Translations under genes and position numbers: made by a program
Shown here: piece by piece, positions 49,614 through 63,161 of the stretch
Layout of the letters: every line of letters begins with the position of its first letter
Position numbering within the stretch: the stretch's first letter is position 1
Assembly (NCBI RefSeq): GCF_030028105.1
Contig: NC_092398.1
Coordinates: forward strand, 28,738,424 to 28,802,423
Direction of reading: 5' to 3'
DNA length: 64,000 nt
DNA from: Mobula birostris
Taxonomy: Eukaryota
Notes under the pieces: model-generated
Database searches by the model: none
Seen by the model: only the letters and a program-made list of their open reading frames with translations
Told to the model about the DNA's origin: nothing

Positions 49614-51560
49614 TTACTCTTTATTCTGAATAGTTTCTCTCACGATGCGAATGAACGTAAATTTCACCACCTCTCGCATCTGCTCCCTGAACTTCCTCTG
49701 GGTAAAGGCGTAAAGAGCCGTGTTTGTGCAGCAGCTCAGTAGCTGCAGCATGTAGCCCATATCCCACAGGGTCAAAGGTGGGTACGCAGCACTAAAATAA
49801 AACAAGCGCATCCACACAGTGTGCACAACAAAAACCATTCACAGCACGATGAAATTTGCCGACACGACCGACAGTAAAATGAGCGACTTCCTTCGGTTCT
49901 CCATTTCCGGGCCCTTGGAACTATCCCCACTGTTGCGACTCCAGAGTCTCCTCCGGGCTCTGCTCGTCACTAACACCCGTCTGATGGTCAAAGCATTGAC
50001 CAGCAGAATGACCACAAAGGGGATCACAGGCGTCAGGATGTAGCTACTGAACTCAACCACTGTCCAGGCCACTGAGAGATCGACAGCATACCTTAGTTCG
50101 CAAAACCAAGGGATGTTAGAAAGCTGATACTTTCCGGAGAGCATAAAATACCAGAAAATGTTCTTTAAACAGCTCAGCGCAACCACAGTCGCCAGAAATA
50201 CAGCCGCCATTCTCTCGGTGCAATATTTAGCTTTCAGATTCTGGCAGCGAATAGCCACAAATCGGTCAAACGTGAAAATGACAGTGAACCAGACGGAACA
50301 GTCGTAGGTTGCGTAAAGTAGGTGGCGCGGACATTACACACGGGGATGTTCCTCAGGAAATTAAACGCTTCCCAGTAAACAATCGGAATCTGCCTCAGTA
50401 CCAGGTCCAAGATAACAACCTGGAGGTCGGCTGCTGCCATGGCCATCAGATAACGAGTGACTCCTTTAGAAAGACCGCACTTTCCCCGGGACAGGACCAC
50501 AATCGTCAGCGCGTTCACTATTGGGATTGAAAGAAACACAATCTTGTCAGTGGGCAAGGAGCAAAGTCAGCAAAGTCACAGAAATATGGAAACACGTTTT
50601 TGAACCAAGACATCAAGACTGCAGCTTTCCAGCATCGGCAATAGCTGCTGGGGCCGAGGATGAGAGCTCACTGAAGTCGACCAATAACGTCATCACATCA
50701 ACAAACGAAGATCTGAGAAGAAGTGTTCCCGGATTTCGGTGACGATGTTTTGGAATAAGGGTCGGAATTGGTCATTGAATTGTAATTGCTTTACTATTAC
50801 CAAAGTGGCATAACAAGGTACAGGCACACAGATCAATACATTACTCAGGGCTTTCAGTCTGTGCCGGAGGGTCAGCTCGAGCTCTCAGGCTCCTTCTGCC
50901 GGTCTCCTAAATCTAACTAATTTTCCTCAAAAGAGAATTGGGAAGTCGTCTATTTTAAACTACAGTCTGACCTGGTCAGTTGAATATCTGAAACTTTAAG
51001 AGATACAGACTCAGTTGAAACCTTTAAACGCCAGCTGAAAACCTGTTTATTTAATGTTGTTTTAAATAAAATAATTTTCTTCTGATGCGTTCGTGTTATT
51101 TCTGTTTGTATTTTGAAAACACATTGAAACTTCATCGTATATATGAACAGTGCTCTTTAAATACTATTGTTGTTTAAAGAAAAACACGGAGAAAAATGTT
51201 ATTGACTCGATCCGGTCAATATATCTGACCATCATCACCCGAAATTCAGTCAGTGAGGGCGATCGACTGTGTTAACCGGAACATATAATTAAATCTCCAT
51301 CAATCAGAACCTCCTTACCGGACTCCGTTACAACTACTTGCCAATCTCACATTCGTCTATTCTGTATAGAGGAACGTACCGGGAAATGCAACCAAAGCGA
51401 GAACGGGATAGTAGATGGGCTGAATTGTCAGGAGTAAATACCAGATCCGATCGTCTGTTGTCATCAATGGATTTTTCGAAAAAATATAGGGAGCCAGGCT
51501 GAAGACACCCTTCCCCGTCGGTGAAACATTCCATGTTCCTGTTTCTCGATCCTGAACCAT
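49614..51560 (-). pseudogene. GPR139-like: GPR139-like GPCR, copy 3 (exon 1 51380-51560, exon 2 49614-50517)
   Basis: ATG at 51560, N-glycosylation sequon NVS, intact GT-AG intron of 862 bp. 1-nt deletion near 50322 (TM3) and Trp-to-TGA at 49839-49841 (TM6). Confidence 0.85.
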
Positions 51561-53532
51561 TTTCCGTCACTGTTCCCAGATTCCAGTCCCTGACCGTCGC
51601 TTCGCACGCTGCAGGTCCAACCGTTCACGTAAAATCCCTCTTTGATATTCGCAACTTCCCAGTTATTGTCTTCCACTGTCGAGCCGCTGCGGTCCCTGTG
51701 TGACGGAGGGGTTGCTCTCGGTAACACTGTGAACCTTCATCGAAAGGAGCAATTTTAAATAGAGCTGCGAATCCCCCAGTGACACAACCAGGCTCCGTGC
51801 GGACTGATGTTAATTACTCAACATACTTCTACGGTTAACTCCTTTGAGTCCGGACCGCTCAGGCAACACGTAAATGTAATTATTTAACAGGGTATTGATG
51901 TCCAGGATGTTTGTCCACCGATCCCGGATATTCGTTCTGAGTCATCTCGCAGGAAACACAAAAGTCTGGAACCACGTACCATCAGGCTCAGGATCAGCTT
52001 CAAACACGCCATTATAAATATATCCAGCTTTTCACCTTGACCATTAGGTGGACTCTTAATATCGCAAACTACCCGCTCTGTCTTTGCAATTTGTTGCTCG
52101 CCTGCGCCGCACTTGCTCTGTAACTGCAGCACTTTAATCTGCACTCTGTCTTTGTATTACCTGGAAACTCAATACACTGTGGCAATGATTTGTTCTGTGT
52201 TTATTTTTTAATGTTTGTGCGTTGCGTTGAATGCGGAATAACAACCATTTTCTTCTGCTTTAAACTTGTGAATAAAAATGATATAAAATAATTTTGAATC
52301 CTAAATAATAAAGCCATTTGCCAATTGACCACTATACAGTGGGATGGACCAATGGGATCAGGGAACTGCCTCCAAGGTTCATGATCTGCAAGTCTGCTAA
52401 CTTTGAGCTGTCTCCTCAGAGTGAAAGCCTCAGATAAGATCCTTTCCATGGATGGGAGGAGGGTGATATAAACCCGAGAACTTCGCCGCATCTAAGCTGA
52501 CTTTACTGCGAGGGCGACGAGGGAGTGAATCATTCTGTATGGGGTAAAGGACACTTCGGAAATTATGCGGAGACATATTGCTTTATGAAAGGGATTTGGA
52601 CCAAATCTGTTTTAAAGTCCTACATGTTCTATCCCGTTTAACAGCCCGTCCACTCATTTGAAACTGTGAGAACCCACACAGAATGCTAGAGGGGCTCGGC
52701 AGGTCGGACCAGCATCTATGGAGGTGAACAAAGTGTCGACGTTTGTGGTTGGGAACATTTTAAATAGAGCTGCGAGTAGGACTGGAAGGAGCCACATGCC
52801 AGAGTAATAAGGAGGTGGAGGCGATAAGGAGTACAGACTGGTACGTGATACTTGTGGCCAAGTGAGCGATCAGGTGGGCGGGTGGGGAAGAGGGATGAAG
52901 TACAGACGTTGTAGTTGATAGTCGGAAACAGTAAGAGCTGGAGAAGAAGGAATCTGATGTGAAAGGGAAATGGACCATGGGAGATATGAAAGGAGGTGGT
53001 AACAAGGGGGAGGTGTATAATGTTTTTATGCACCTACCATGTCCAAAAAAAAAATGGGCGATTAAACCTGTCTGTATATCGCATAAATTGATATATTTCA
53101 TTCGCGTCACCTCGCAGAAAAAACGAAGACCAGATCATTCAATATATCGTCATAAACTGCAACTCAAACAAATTTCCAGAAATTCTCCTCCGCAGCTGAT
53201 TTGCATCCCCCAGTACTACGGTGACCAGAATTGCACACTGTATTCTAAAGGCGGGCAACGTAATGTTATGCACATGAGAGTGGTGTTGAAAAAAGAAACA
53301 GCCATGACTGAATAGTGAAGAAGTCCTGTTGGGCAGAATAGCTTCATTATGATGTTATAATTTGTGGGTTCAATACCTCACCCTGGGTCCCTTTCACTTT
53401 CCAGTTTTACCCTTTATACTCACAGGTACGCCCTGTCCTCAGCCTGTTGATCACTCTCTTAATACTCAGTCACTGCCGTCTCTTCTTTCCATTAGACTAC
53501 TACTAGATGTCGTCGAAATGTCTGGATTTTAT

Positions 53533-54307
53533 TGTGACGGGGTTCTGAATTACCCCTATGAACTGTGATTTTAAAAGAGAGTTGGAAACGCAGACACCTT
53601 GTTAAAAAGAGAGAGAAAGAGAAAGAGAGCGAGGCGAAGACTGCTCACAGTTTGTTTACGCTTTTGCAAGGACACCAGCAGCTTGGAAGTTCCTATAGAG
53701 AGAGAAGGGTGGGGCTGGTTGATGGACAGTTGCTATTCAGCACGGGGAGATAAATAAAAGGGCAGCTGTTAGACCTACAGACATATGGTTTTGGAAACTG
53801 AATGAGCTTTATTGTGCCCACAGAAAAGATGGGTATTGGAGGATCGATCAGGCGGATCGATCAGTGGCTTCCGCGTTGTGAAAAGGGTGTTACCGATGGA
53901 GAATCGTGTGGCCGACCCTCGCCTGGGTTGATAATTCCACTATGGAAGAACGGTCGCCTTTGTTGTGTCCACAGTCGGTGACTTCGAAAGGAATTCGGAG
54001 GACAACGGGAAGATCGACATCCTCAGCTCACCTGAACACTCAAATCTCTCCATCACTACTCAACTCAACTCAATATCACGAACTGAACTGAACTTTACTC
54101 GTTATCGTAAGACTATCTATTTACCCCTAGACTCGAAGAAGCTTGGTTTTCATATATATATAATCATTGCTAACCTGTTTGATATATCTGCATTTATATC
54201 ACTGTATTGCGTCGTTACTAATAAATACCATTAATTAATAGCAATACTGGACTCCAAAGTGTTTCCCATTTCTGCTGGTTCTTTACCCCGTCACGGGGTA
54301 CGTGGCA
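53533..54307. mobile_element. Solo LTR (Gypsy-like)
   Basis: TG...CA termini, 4-bp TSD TTAT (53529-53532 and 54308-54311), AATAAA near the right end. Empty site in unit B at ~43365. Confidence 0.85.
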
Positions 54308-56016
54308 TTATCCCTGCTCTAGTTCATGGCTTAATATCCGGATCCATCCTCTCCTTTCCCATCACTATAGAAGAAATAACAGTCAATCTAACAGGATTAG
54401 GGAACTGCTGAATAGTCTTGTAACAATGGGATAGAAACTGTCTTTAAGCCTGATTCACTTTTCCTCCGATGGGATAGTAGAGCAGATGGAATCTGTGGAG
54501 TTCAAGGATATGTTGTTAAGCTCCCGCTTTACCGTGTCAGAGAGGTGTGCAGACAGAGTGTCTGAAGCGGAGACAAGTTGCCTATGGACTGGAGCGTCAC
54601 CGAATTCACCGGGAGTGTTTGGTTCGTCAGCCTGCAATCACCCCTTGCTTCAGGTGTGCAGTACGGATCAGACATCAGTACACTGCAGGTCTGTGTTGCG
54701 AAGGGTGTGTACATACGGGAAACCAGCACATATGGAGAAGTTCGGAAGTTGTGTGTACGCACCAGACGCCGGTTCACTGAGGTACAATTTTGGGGAGACA
54801 CACCAGTACACCAGCGAGCGCTGTTGGGAGACCTGTGGACAGACAAACCTCAGTGGAGATGGGTAGAGCATAGGATGGCGTGTGGAAACACATGATGACG
54901 GAGCACTAGTAGACATGTTTGGATCTCTCTCCTATGTGCCGATTTGTTATCAGCTTTGATCTTGGCAGCGATAATGGTATCGTCGGTCAACGTAAATATG
55001 ACATTGAAGCTATGCTTAGCTTTACAGGTATTGAATATGAAGTAAATTAAGCAGTGGACTCAGCATACAGTCTTTTGCGGCACCTGTTCTGATGGAGATT
55101 GTGGAGCCGATGTTGTTGCCAAACAGAACTGATTAGGGTCAGCATGTGAGGAAATCGAAGATCTATTTGCACAAGGAGGTATTCAGGGCAAATTCCTTGA
55201 CCTTATTCATTAGTCTTGAGGGGGCAATGTCATTGAATGCCAGAGATGTCGTCAATAAAGGTCATGTTAATGTATGCAGATTTGCTGTCCAGATGTTCCA
55301 GCTTTGAGTTTATTTCTTATCGTGGCCGGAGACTGCAATCAGGCTTGTTCGCAGAAAACCGTGGGTGTCCCCGAACAGAAGTCCTGAATGAGATCTGAAA
55401 TATGCCGAGAAGCATATCTCGATACCAAGAAAGGTACAGGAAGATACCAAGAAGATGCAAAGAAGGGTACAAAAGGTGCAGGAATAATCTCTGGACGTCC
55501 GGTCTTTGGGCTGTTTATATCGCCTTATTAATCGTCTCTCAGTTACCATTTCTCTTTCCCAATCGACCTCTGCTAGATGTCGCCTCATTCTCTGAATATT
55601 AGCCCGGCTCCAGTTTCGGGTCTTAGCAGGCGGACCCTTTTTCATCCTTTTCCATCTGGGAAGTAATAGTAAATCTTGTAACATCGGGATAGAATCTGTC
55701 TTTGAGCCTGGCGTTTGTAATTTCTTCCGATGGGAGAAAGGTAGCGGAGAGAATGACCGGCGTTCAAGCGGATTTTATAATGCCGGCTTCTTGCCGTGCC
55801 AGACCAGCGTATGGAGTGGAAGTGCGTTGGCCCGATAACTTGGGATGTACTTAGAATCGACCCATCTCCCCTGCCCCCCCCCCCCCCACATAACACACCG
55901 CGGTTTTAGAGCGGGCGGAATTAACTTTGGCGCCGGTAGGCTAGAAGGGGATCATCGTCTGAATATATAGGGAGGACTGGAGTCGTCAGTTTAACTCAAG
56001 ATCCTTAATACTAAAA

Positions 56017-56650
56017 CAAAAGGCGGGAGGAGAGAGAGCAGCGCGCCGCGCGCGCGCAGCCCTCCGGTGAAAAATGATATCGTATCCGTTAAATAGGGGC
56101 CGTGGACAATTCTGATTTGATGGAGGGGGACGTGAAAGTACAGAGAGACACCTGGAGAAATTTCTGAAACGCTCGTTCGCTGCTGTCGTTACGGCGTGGT
56201 CGGGAACTTCCGGAGGGTAGGCCTCTAAATCCCCGGTTTTGCCAGCTGTTGGCGACCGAGATTGAGGTCAAATCGTTCGGACTGAGATGGCGCTCAGTAC
56301 TCCGTGTCGGAGAGCTGATTCGGAGGCTCGAGGTTTTCGGATGACTCCGAGTTGGATTGTGGTCGGGTATGGCAAGGAGAGTTTTTCTGCCTTCTCCCGT
56401 CTGCGTGAGATGTGGGACATTTGAGAGACTTTGAACTTTTACTGTGCTCATGGACTTCTTCAAGTTATGGTATTGTTGCACTGTTCTAACTATATTTTTA
56501 AATTATGTGGTTTTGTCAGTTTTTTCAGCCTTGGTCTGTCCTGTGTTTTGTGATATCGCACCGGAGGAAATATTGTATCATTTTTTAATGCATGCATTAC
56601 TAAATGACAATAAAAGAGGACTGTGTGTTTTCATAATCTAAAAAAAATCT
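56017..56650 (+). mobile_element. Young non-autonomous retroelement (SINE/LINE-tail type)
   Basis: Absent at the unit B site (~45105). CpG-rich 5' end, AATAAA and A-rich tail, possible TSD CTAAAA. Confidence 0.65.
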
Positions 56651-58742
56651 AAAAATAGAGGTCTGCATTATTTTACCTATTTTACCGCTCTGGTGCAAAC
56701 TCGCTCTCTCTCGCAATTTCCTTACCTCCTGTGGTTCCCTCTCCCTCCCTTGACATCTTGCTTGCTCCTGTTCGTACTCTCTTCTACACTCATTGGACTC
56801 ACTTCCCCCCATTAGCGCCTGTGTTTCTTTTCCTGACAACTACTCTCCACCCTCTCTATCCGTACCCTCTCTCCTTGTCTCTGACTTTCTATCTCGCTGT
56901 GTTCCACACCCACTTGCGTTACTGTCCTCTCTTTGACTTCCACGTTGCCTTTGACTTCTGTTGTCAACCACGGTTGTGTCTTTAGAATACTTCTTCCTGT
57001 TAGGGCATCCTGTGCCTTCCGAATTGCTTCCAGCCATTGTTGCTCTGCCGTCATCCCTGCCAGTGTTCTTTTCAAATCATAGAAACAGAAAAACTATAGA
57101 AAACCTTGAGCACAATACAGGCCCTTCGGCCCAAAAAGTTGTGCCGAACATGTCTCCACAATTCTGGCCAACTCTCTCTTCTGCCACTGTTAATCCCTTT
57201 ACTGCACTGAAATACTGATACATCTGACTTTAGCTTCTTCTTCCAAAATTTCAGGGTGATAGAGATAATTTATCATCATATTATGATCTCTTTTCCAGAG
57301 GAGATCTTTTACCTTAATCTCTCTAATCAATTCTGGTTCTTTGTTGAACGCTCAATCCAGAACAGCTGATCCTGCTGTGGGCCCAACCACGAGCTGGTCT
57401 AAAAACCAATCGCGCAGGAACCCTGGAAATTTCCACTGACTAATTTTCCCAATCCATTATGAATCTATTCCATACTGAAGTTCCCTATGAATACATTTCC
57501 CTTTTGGCGTGCATTTATCTAGCTCCCGTTGTAATCTGCAGGCCACGTGCTTAATACCGTCCGGGTGTCTGTATACAACTCCCAACAGAGTTTTACTACC
57601 CTTGCAGTTTCTTAGCTCTGTCCACAATAATTGAAGATCCTCTGACACTATGTCACCTCATTCTAATGATTTGATTTCATTTTCTTCCCAACAGAGCATG
57701 ACCGTCCCTCTGCCTTCCTGTCTACGCTTTCCATGCAATACGTGTCCTTGGACATTAAGCTTCCAGATGTAATCTTTCAGCCTTCAGTCTAGTTTAAACC
57801 CCACTGTGCACAATTAACAAACCTTACCCCTGGTTATCAGTGTCCCTCCAGATCAGTTGCATACCGTCCCTTCTGTACAAGCTCTATCTTCCCTGAAGGA
57901 TCCAAAACTCTTATGCCCTCCCTCCTACAGCAACCCCCTGGCCACGTATTAAACTGTAGATTCTTTATGGTTCTGCCCTTTAACGTAGCACCTAACTCCC
58001 TGAACTCCGTATCCCGAACCACAACACTCGTTCAACCCAGGTCATTCTAACCTACATGGACCACGACTTCTGGCTGTACATCTTCCCATTGAGAATGATG
58101 GGGACTTGATCCGACATATCACGGACCCTGGCACCCGGGAGCTAGCATATCGCCATGGACTCTAGTTCTCTGGACCTCGTGACCGTTCCCCTGTTTCCAC
58201 AGAGTCCCTCCCTACCTCCCCTTCCCTGCTGAGTCAGAGACGCAGATTGAGTGCGCGGCACAGGCCCCTCTGGCCCATTAAACCGCGCCGTTCAGTAAAC
58301 CACCCATTTAGCACTGGTCTAATCACAGGACAAATTTGCAAAAGCCAATTAACCTAGCAGGTGGCAGTTATTTGTATTGTGAGAAGAAACCGGAGCACTT
58401 GGAGTAGAAAATCCATGCATTCACGGGATAGATGTGCAAACTCTTCTCAGAGGACGTCGGAATTGAACTTCGAATTCCGATGCAACGAGCTGTAATCGCG
58501 TTGTGCTGTTTGCAACGCTACTGTAGCACCGTAGATCATTTACCGAGCAAGAACCACTGAGCAAAGGAGCAAATATATTTTGAGATGGAGACACAGACAT
58601 CGGCTTTCAGTGCGATATTTTCCGCATAGTGTTGTGAAACATAGGCAACCCTGCTGCTCTCTGACCCATATCAGGCTGATAATATATTAGTTTTAAGAGA
58701 CATGCTAAGAAAAAGACAGGATTATCAGTTGAAATGTGGTAA

Positions 58743-59415
58743 TAGAAACAAAGAAACATAGAAAATAGGTGCAGGAGTAGACCATTCGGCCCTTTGAGCC
58801 TGCACTGCCATTCAGTATGATCATGGCTGATCATCCATCTCAGAACCCTGTACTTGCCTCCTCTCCAGACCCCTGATCCCTTTAGTCACAAGGGCCATAT
58901 CTAACTCCCTCTTAAATATAACCAATGAATTGACCTCAATTGTTTCCTGTAGCAGAGAACTCCACAGATTCACCACTCTCTGAGTGAAGAAGTTTTTCCT
59001 CATCTCGGTCCTAAAAGGCTTCCCCTTTATCCTCAAAGTGTGAACCCTCATTCTGGACTTCCCCAACATCGGGAGCAATCTTCCTGCATCTAGCCTGTCC
59101 AATCTCTTTAGAATTTTTTATGTTTCAATAAGATTTCCCCTCAATCTTCTACATTCCAGAGAGTATACGCCTAGTCGATCCAGTCTTTCATCATATGAAA
59201 GTCCTGCCATCCCAGGAATCAATCTGGTGAACCTTCTTTGTACTCTCTCTTTGGCAAGAATGTCTTTCCTCAGATTAGGGGACCAAAACTGCACACAATA
59301 CTACAGGTGTGGTCTCACAAAGGCCTTGTACAACTGCAGTAGTACCTCCTTGCTCCTGTACTCGTATCCTCTTGTTATGAATGCCAGCATACCATTCGCC
59401 TTTTTCACCGCCACA
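58743..59415 (-). mobile_element. CR1 3' insertion specific to unit D
   Basis: KEVLLQLYKAFVRPHL and FFTQRVVNLW. Absent at the unit A site (~26875). Possible TSD TAAT. Confidence 0.8.
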
Positions 59416-62400
59416 TATAATGAGCAACATATAATATTATCTCTGCAATGGGTGGTCTTAACCGCAAATGTAAAAGAAGGAGAGTTGGGCATGGGACCAG
59501 CTAACCAAATCTGTAAAAACCCAGAGCTGCAGAAACGCCAACAGAACCTCCAACGAAACCTCCAACGAACACATCGCTCGGAGAGGAAAGATGTTGGCAT
59601 AGAAGACGATTGATGTAGTCTGGAAAAAAATGGGACGGCACAGGGTCGATTTCTCTCCAATCGGCCCAGGTCTGAGGATCCTGGCAAGTTGTGCTGGCGG
59701 CCTATGCCACAGTAAGGGTTATGGGATTTAAGAAGAAAAGGAAGCGTTAACATTTGGTCACTTTGCTCATAACATCCCAGGCCAAGTTGCTAGGGCATGT
59801 GCACATGAGCTGAGTGACATTGCAAGGACATCTTCAACACCGCTCATACAGGACATATAAATATAGAAACGGGCCAGAATGGAGTCACTAACATCAAGAA
59901 GGATCACAGCCATTAGACTGTTAATCCTACTCCACTGATGGAGAAGTCTACTTATGTCCACGGCAGGACCACAAGCAGTTATCTTCACCAAGCAGTAAGT
60001 CTGAACAAAATCTCCACCTACTAACCCACCCCTGCAGACTCTCAGCCACCAATAGTTTATCACCTTATCCACCGACAGCCCAGTACCTAACGTCCTTTAT
60101 GGAGATGGAACACAGAGCGAGAATGTTGTGTTTTTACGATTGTGTTCTTTACTTAATAGCTTTTATTTGTGCTGCACCGGACCGGGAGTGGTAAGAACTT
60201 CGTTCTACTTTACATCTATGTGATAGAAATAGGGTTAAGTAATCTTTAATCTTGCATAAACCTATGTTTTGTAGTCGTGTTAATGATCATACTGCAGAAT
60301 AGATTAATTTCAAAATGCTGTTATTGAGCGGTGACAGCAATAGGTCTTACTTTCAGCCCAGACAGAATGTTAGAGTTTCAGGCAGAAGTTATGGAGGAGG
60401 AAGAATCAGTTGATGTTTCGGAGAGAGGCTCTTTATCAACATAGTGAAGCAAGGGGGGCAGAAGCAGGAATACCCAATGAGTAGTGGGTGCTTGTGTAGA
60501 GAGTATTCTGGGTTAATGTGAATTTAGCAGATATTAATTCAATCGAAAACTAGATTTCAGTTCATACTGTAAATGGCAAGCATTAAATTGAAGTAAAAAG
60601 CACTGGCGGCCCAGATATGTAGAGATAATGTTTGTGAAATAGTGACGATGAGGCGTTTTACATCCGCAACAGCCGATCCACTCAAGTGGATGACAGTGAG
60701 AATAATCTATTGGAGTAAACAACGTCATTGTAACAATCGTAATTGCACTGAATCACAAGCTGATATGTCTGATCTCAACGGCGAAAAATATGAAGGACTT
60801 TTGTGCGACTCTACCGAGTCTGCTTGTTGTGATGAATATCCGCACCTGCAGTGTGTCTCCGGTGACTCAGCAGGAATGCAAAGGAAGGGGGCAGAGGCAG
60901 TATTGCGAGTGGGTACTGTGAGCCTGGACGAGCAGTAATTGGTACCAAGGCGGGACTGCCTGTAGCCGAGAAGGAGGCAAGTACGAAATGAACGCTGAAA
61001 GGGCTTCAAGATAGGCACAGGATAGAGGTACAGAGCATTATAACCTGGACTTCCAGCATGGGCAACGACATGAAACCTCTGGGTGTGAAACAGCAGAGGA
61101 CCCTGCCACTAGGGTGTCTCGTCAACGGGATAAGAGATGTTTATTGTTTACTGTTTACGTCTGCTGAGCAATTCACCAATATTGAATTATATTTATAACT
61201 TTTCTCGTAGTAATATTTTTTTTTCATCTGACGTGTGTCATGTATGTTTTGTGATGTGCTCCGTGGTCCCGGGGAAGGATGTTTCGTTTGATCATATATA
61301 TGTATCACCGTCTGAGATTGAACTTCAACTTGAGAAGGAGGATGTTTAAATGCCACGTGGAAGTTAAATATATCATGCACTGCGTGGTAGCTGACTGGAA
61401 TGCGTTGCGAAACAGAGTCAGAGATTGCGATAGAAAAGGAGTATCTGAAAATATATGGACCAACACAAACGCAAGCGGTGTTTGGGATGACAGGTGTTTT
61501 TACCATTACCTTTGACATGATTGTATAGACACAGAGCCAGAACACTTTTCTGTGTGCCAATCCTAAACACCAGATAATATGAAATCAAAGTGAGAACGCG
61601 GATATTTTAAAAGAGTCTTCCAGAGCAATTGCTTTCACACTGATAGTGATGGATGCCAGGAACGCGTTACCGGGATCGGCGGCGCAGGTACTTTGTAGCT
61701 GCAGCGATTCTGCGATGTTTAGAGATGTAGACATGTGAATTGTGTAATATCCATTATATGCCGGCACAAAGGGTTATTTGAAAATGCTGCGATAATAATT
61801 CAGAAATTGGCGGTGTGTGCATGTTGAGGAAGTTTCTCGAAGGAGTCTGCATGATGTAAACAAATTGTGGATCTGGGAAGCAAAATGGCAGGTTGAGGTT
61901 AATCTGGAATCAGTGGCCTGTTGCATACTGTGTGTGGGGTGAGGTTAAGCGCAATCATAAAATATTTATTGTATGTACTGGATACTTAGAAACTTTGATG
62001 TACAGTAGGAACTTTGGCTCGAACTCGGTATCTTTCTGAACGTAGTAATGCCCGTAGAAATGTTGGTAAAGGAGGTGTACGCCATCATTCCATTAATTGG
62101 TCGTGTTTTAGGTGATGAGTTCAGGAAGTTATGCAATAGCTCTGTGAATGATTGAACGTCGATATCTCCAACTTCCAGTTCATTCTCCCCCTCTATCCTC
62201 TCCTCTTCTTTAATTCTCCACTCTTCCCCCACTTACTTCCTCTCTCTCCCCCACTACGCATGTCCTCCGACTCCTGCCCTTCCCTTTCTCCCGTAATCCA
62301 TTCACTTTTCAGATCTAATACCTATCTATCTATTAGTACTATACAGATCTATTAGTCTTCCACTTAATCACCTCCTAACATTGGTTCGCACTGCCTCACC

Positions 62401-63161
62401 TATTAACCTGACTTTAACTGCCGCGTTATAGCTTGTACACTTTCCCCTCTGCCCACTTTCTTATTCTGGCATCGTTCCCCTTCTTTTCCAGTTTTGATGA
62501 AGGGTTCCGGAAACCTCGACTGTTTGTTCATTGATATAGATCCCGTCTGAGCTAATGAGTCCCTACAGGATTGTGTGTGCATTGCTGCGGATGCGTAGCA
62601 TCTGCAGAAACTCCAGACTGCATCAATAATTGTTGTTGTCATCGTTCATTTGCCCATCTAAGCATCACTTAGATGGAGTATTGATCAAGGAGACATTGAA
62701 CACACAGACGCACACGAGCAGTTTAAATTAGCGTTATTGTTGGCATCCATATCATGGGCCGAACGGCCTGTTCCTGTGCAGCACTGATCTGTGTTCATTA
62801 TTTTCAATCACTTATTTATAAAACTGATTTCGGTGCCGATTCTTTGATTCGATAACCTGGACCAGACAGCTTCGTTGGCCATGATTCTTGTGAGACAGGC
62901 ACAATCATAGAACGCGAAGACAACTGCTAATAATATGCTCCGCGACATAGAAGCTTGCGTTTTATAATGGAGCGGGGAATTTACGGAGGGAGTTTCATTT
63001 TAACAGCATTGTATTTTTCTTATTTCCCGACACAGCAGGGCAGCAGGAGAACTACCAGAACGTTCACGTCTTTGGAATGTGAATGCATTTGGAAGAAACA
63101 CACACCGTCACTGATAGAATGTACAAAGTTCATAGGGACCGCTGCGGTTCTGAAACCGCTT

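Larger units (their letters stand above)
46325..58170. repeat. Segmental duplication unit C (GPCR copy 3)
   Basis: 46333 corresponds to 27305 and 59868, giving a C-to-D period of ~13.5 kb. Confidence 0.85.
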
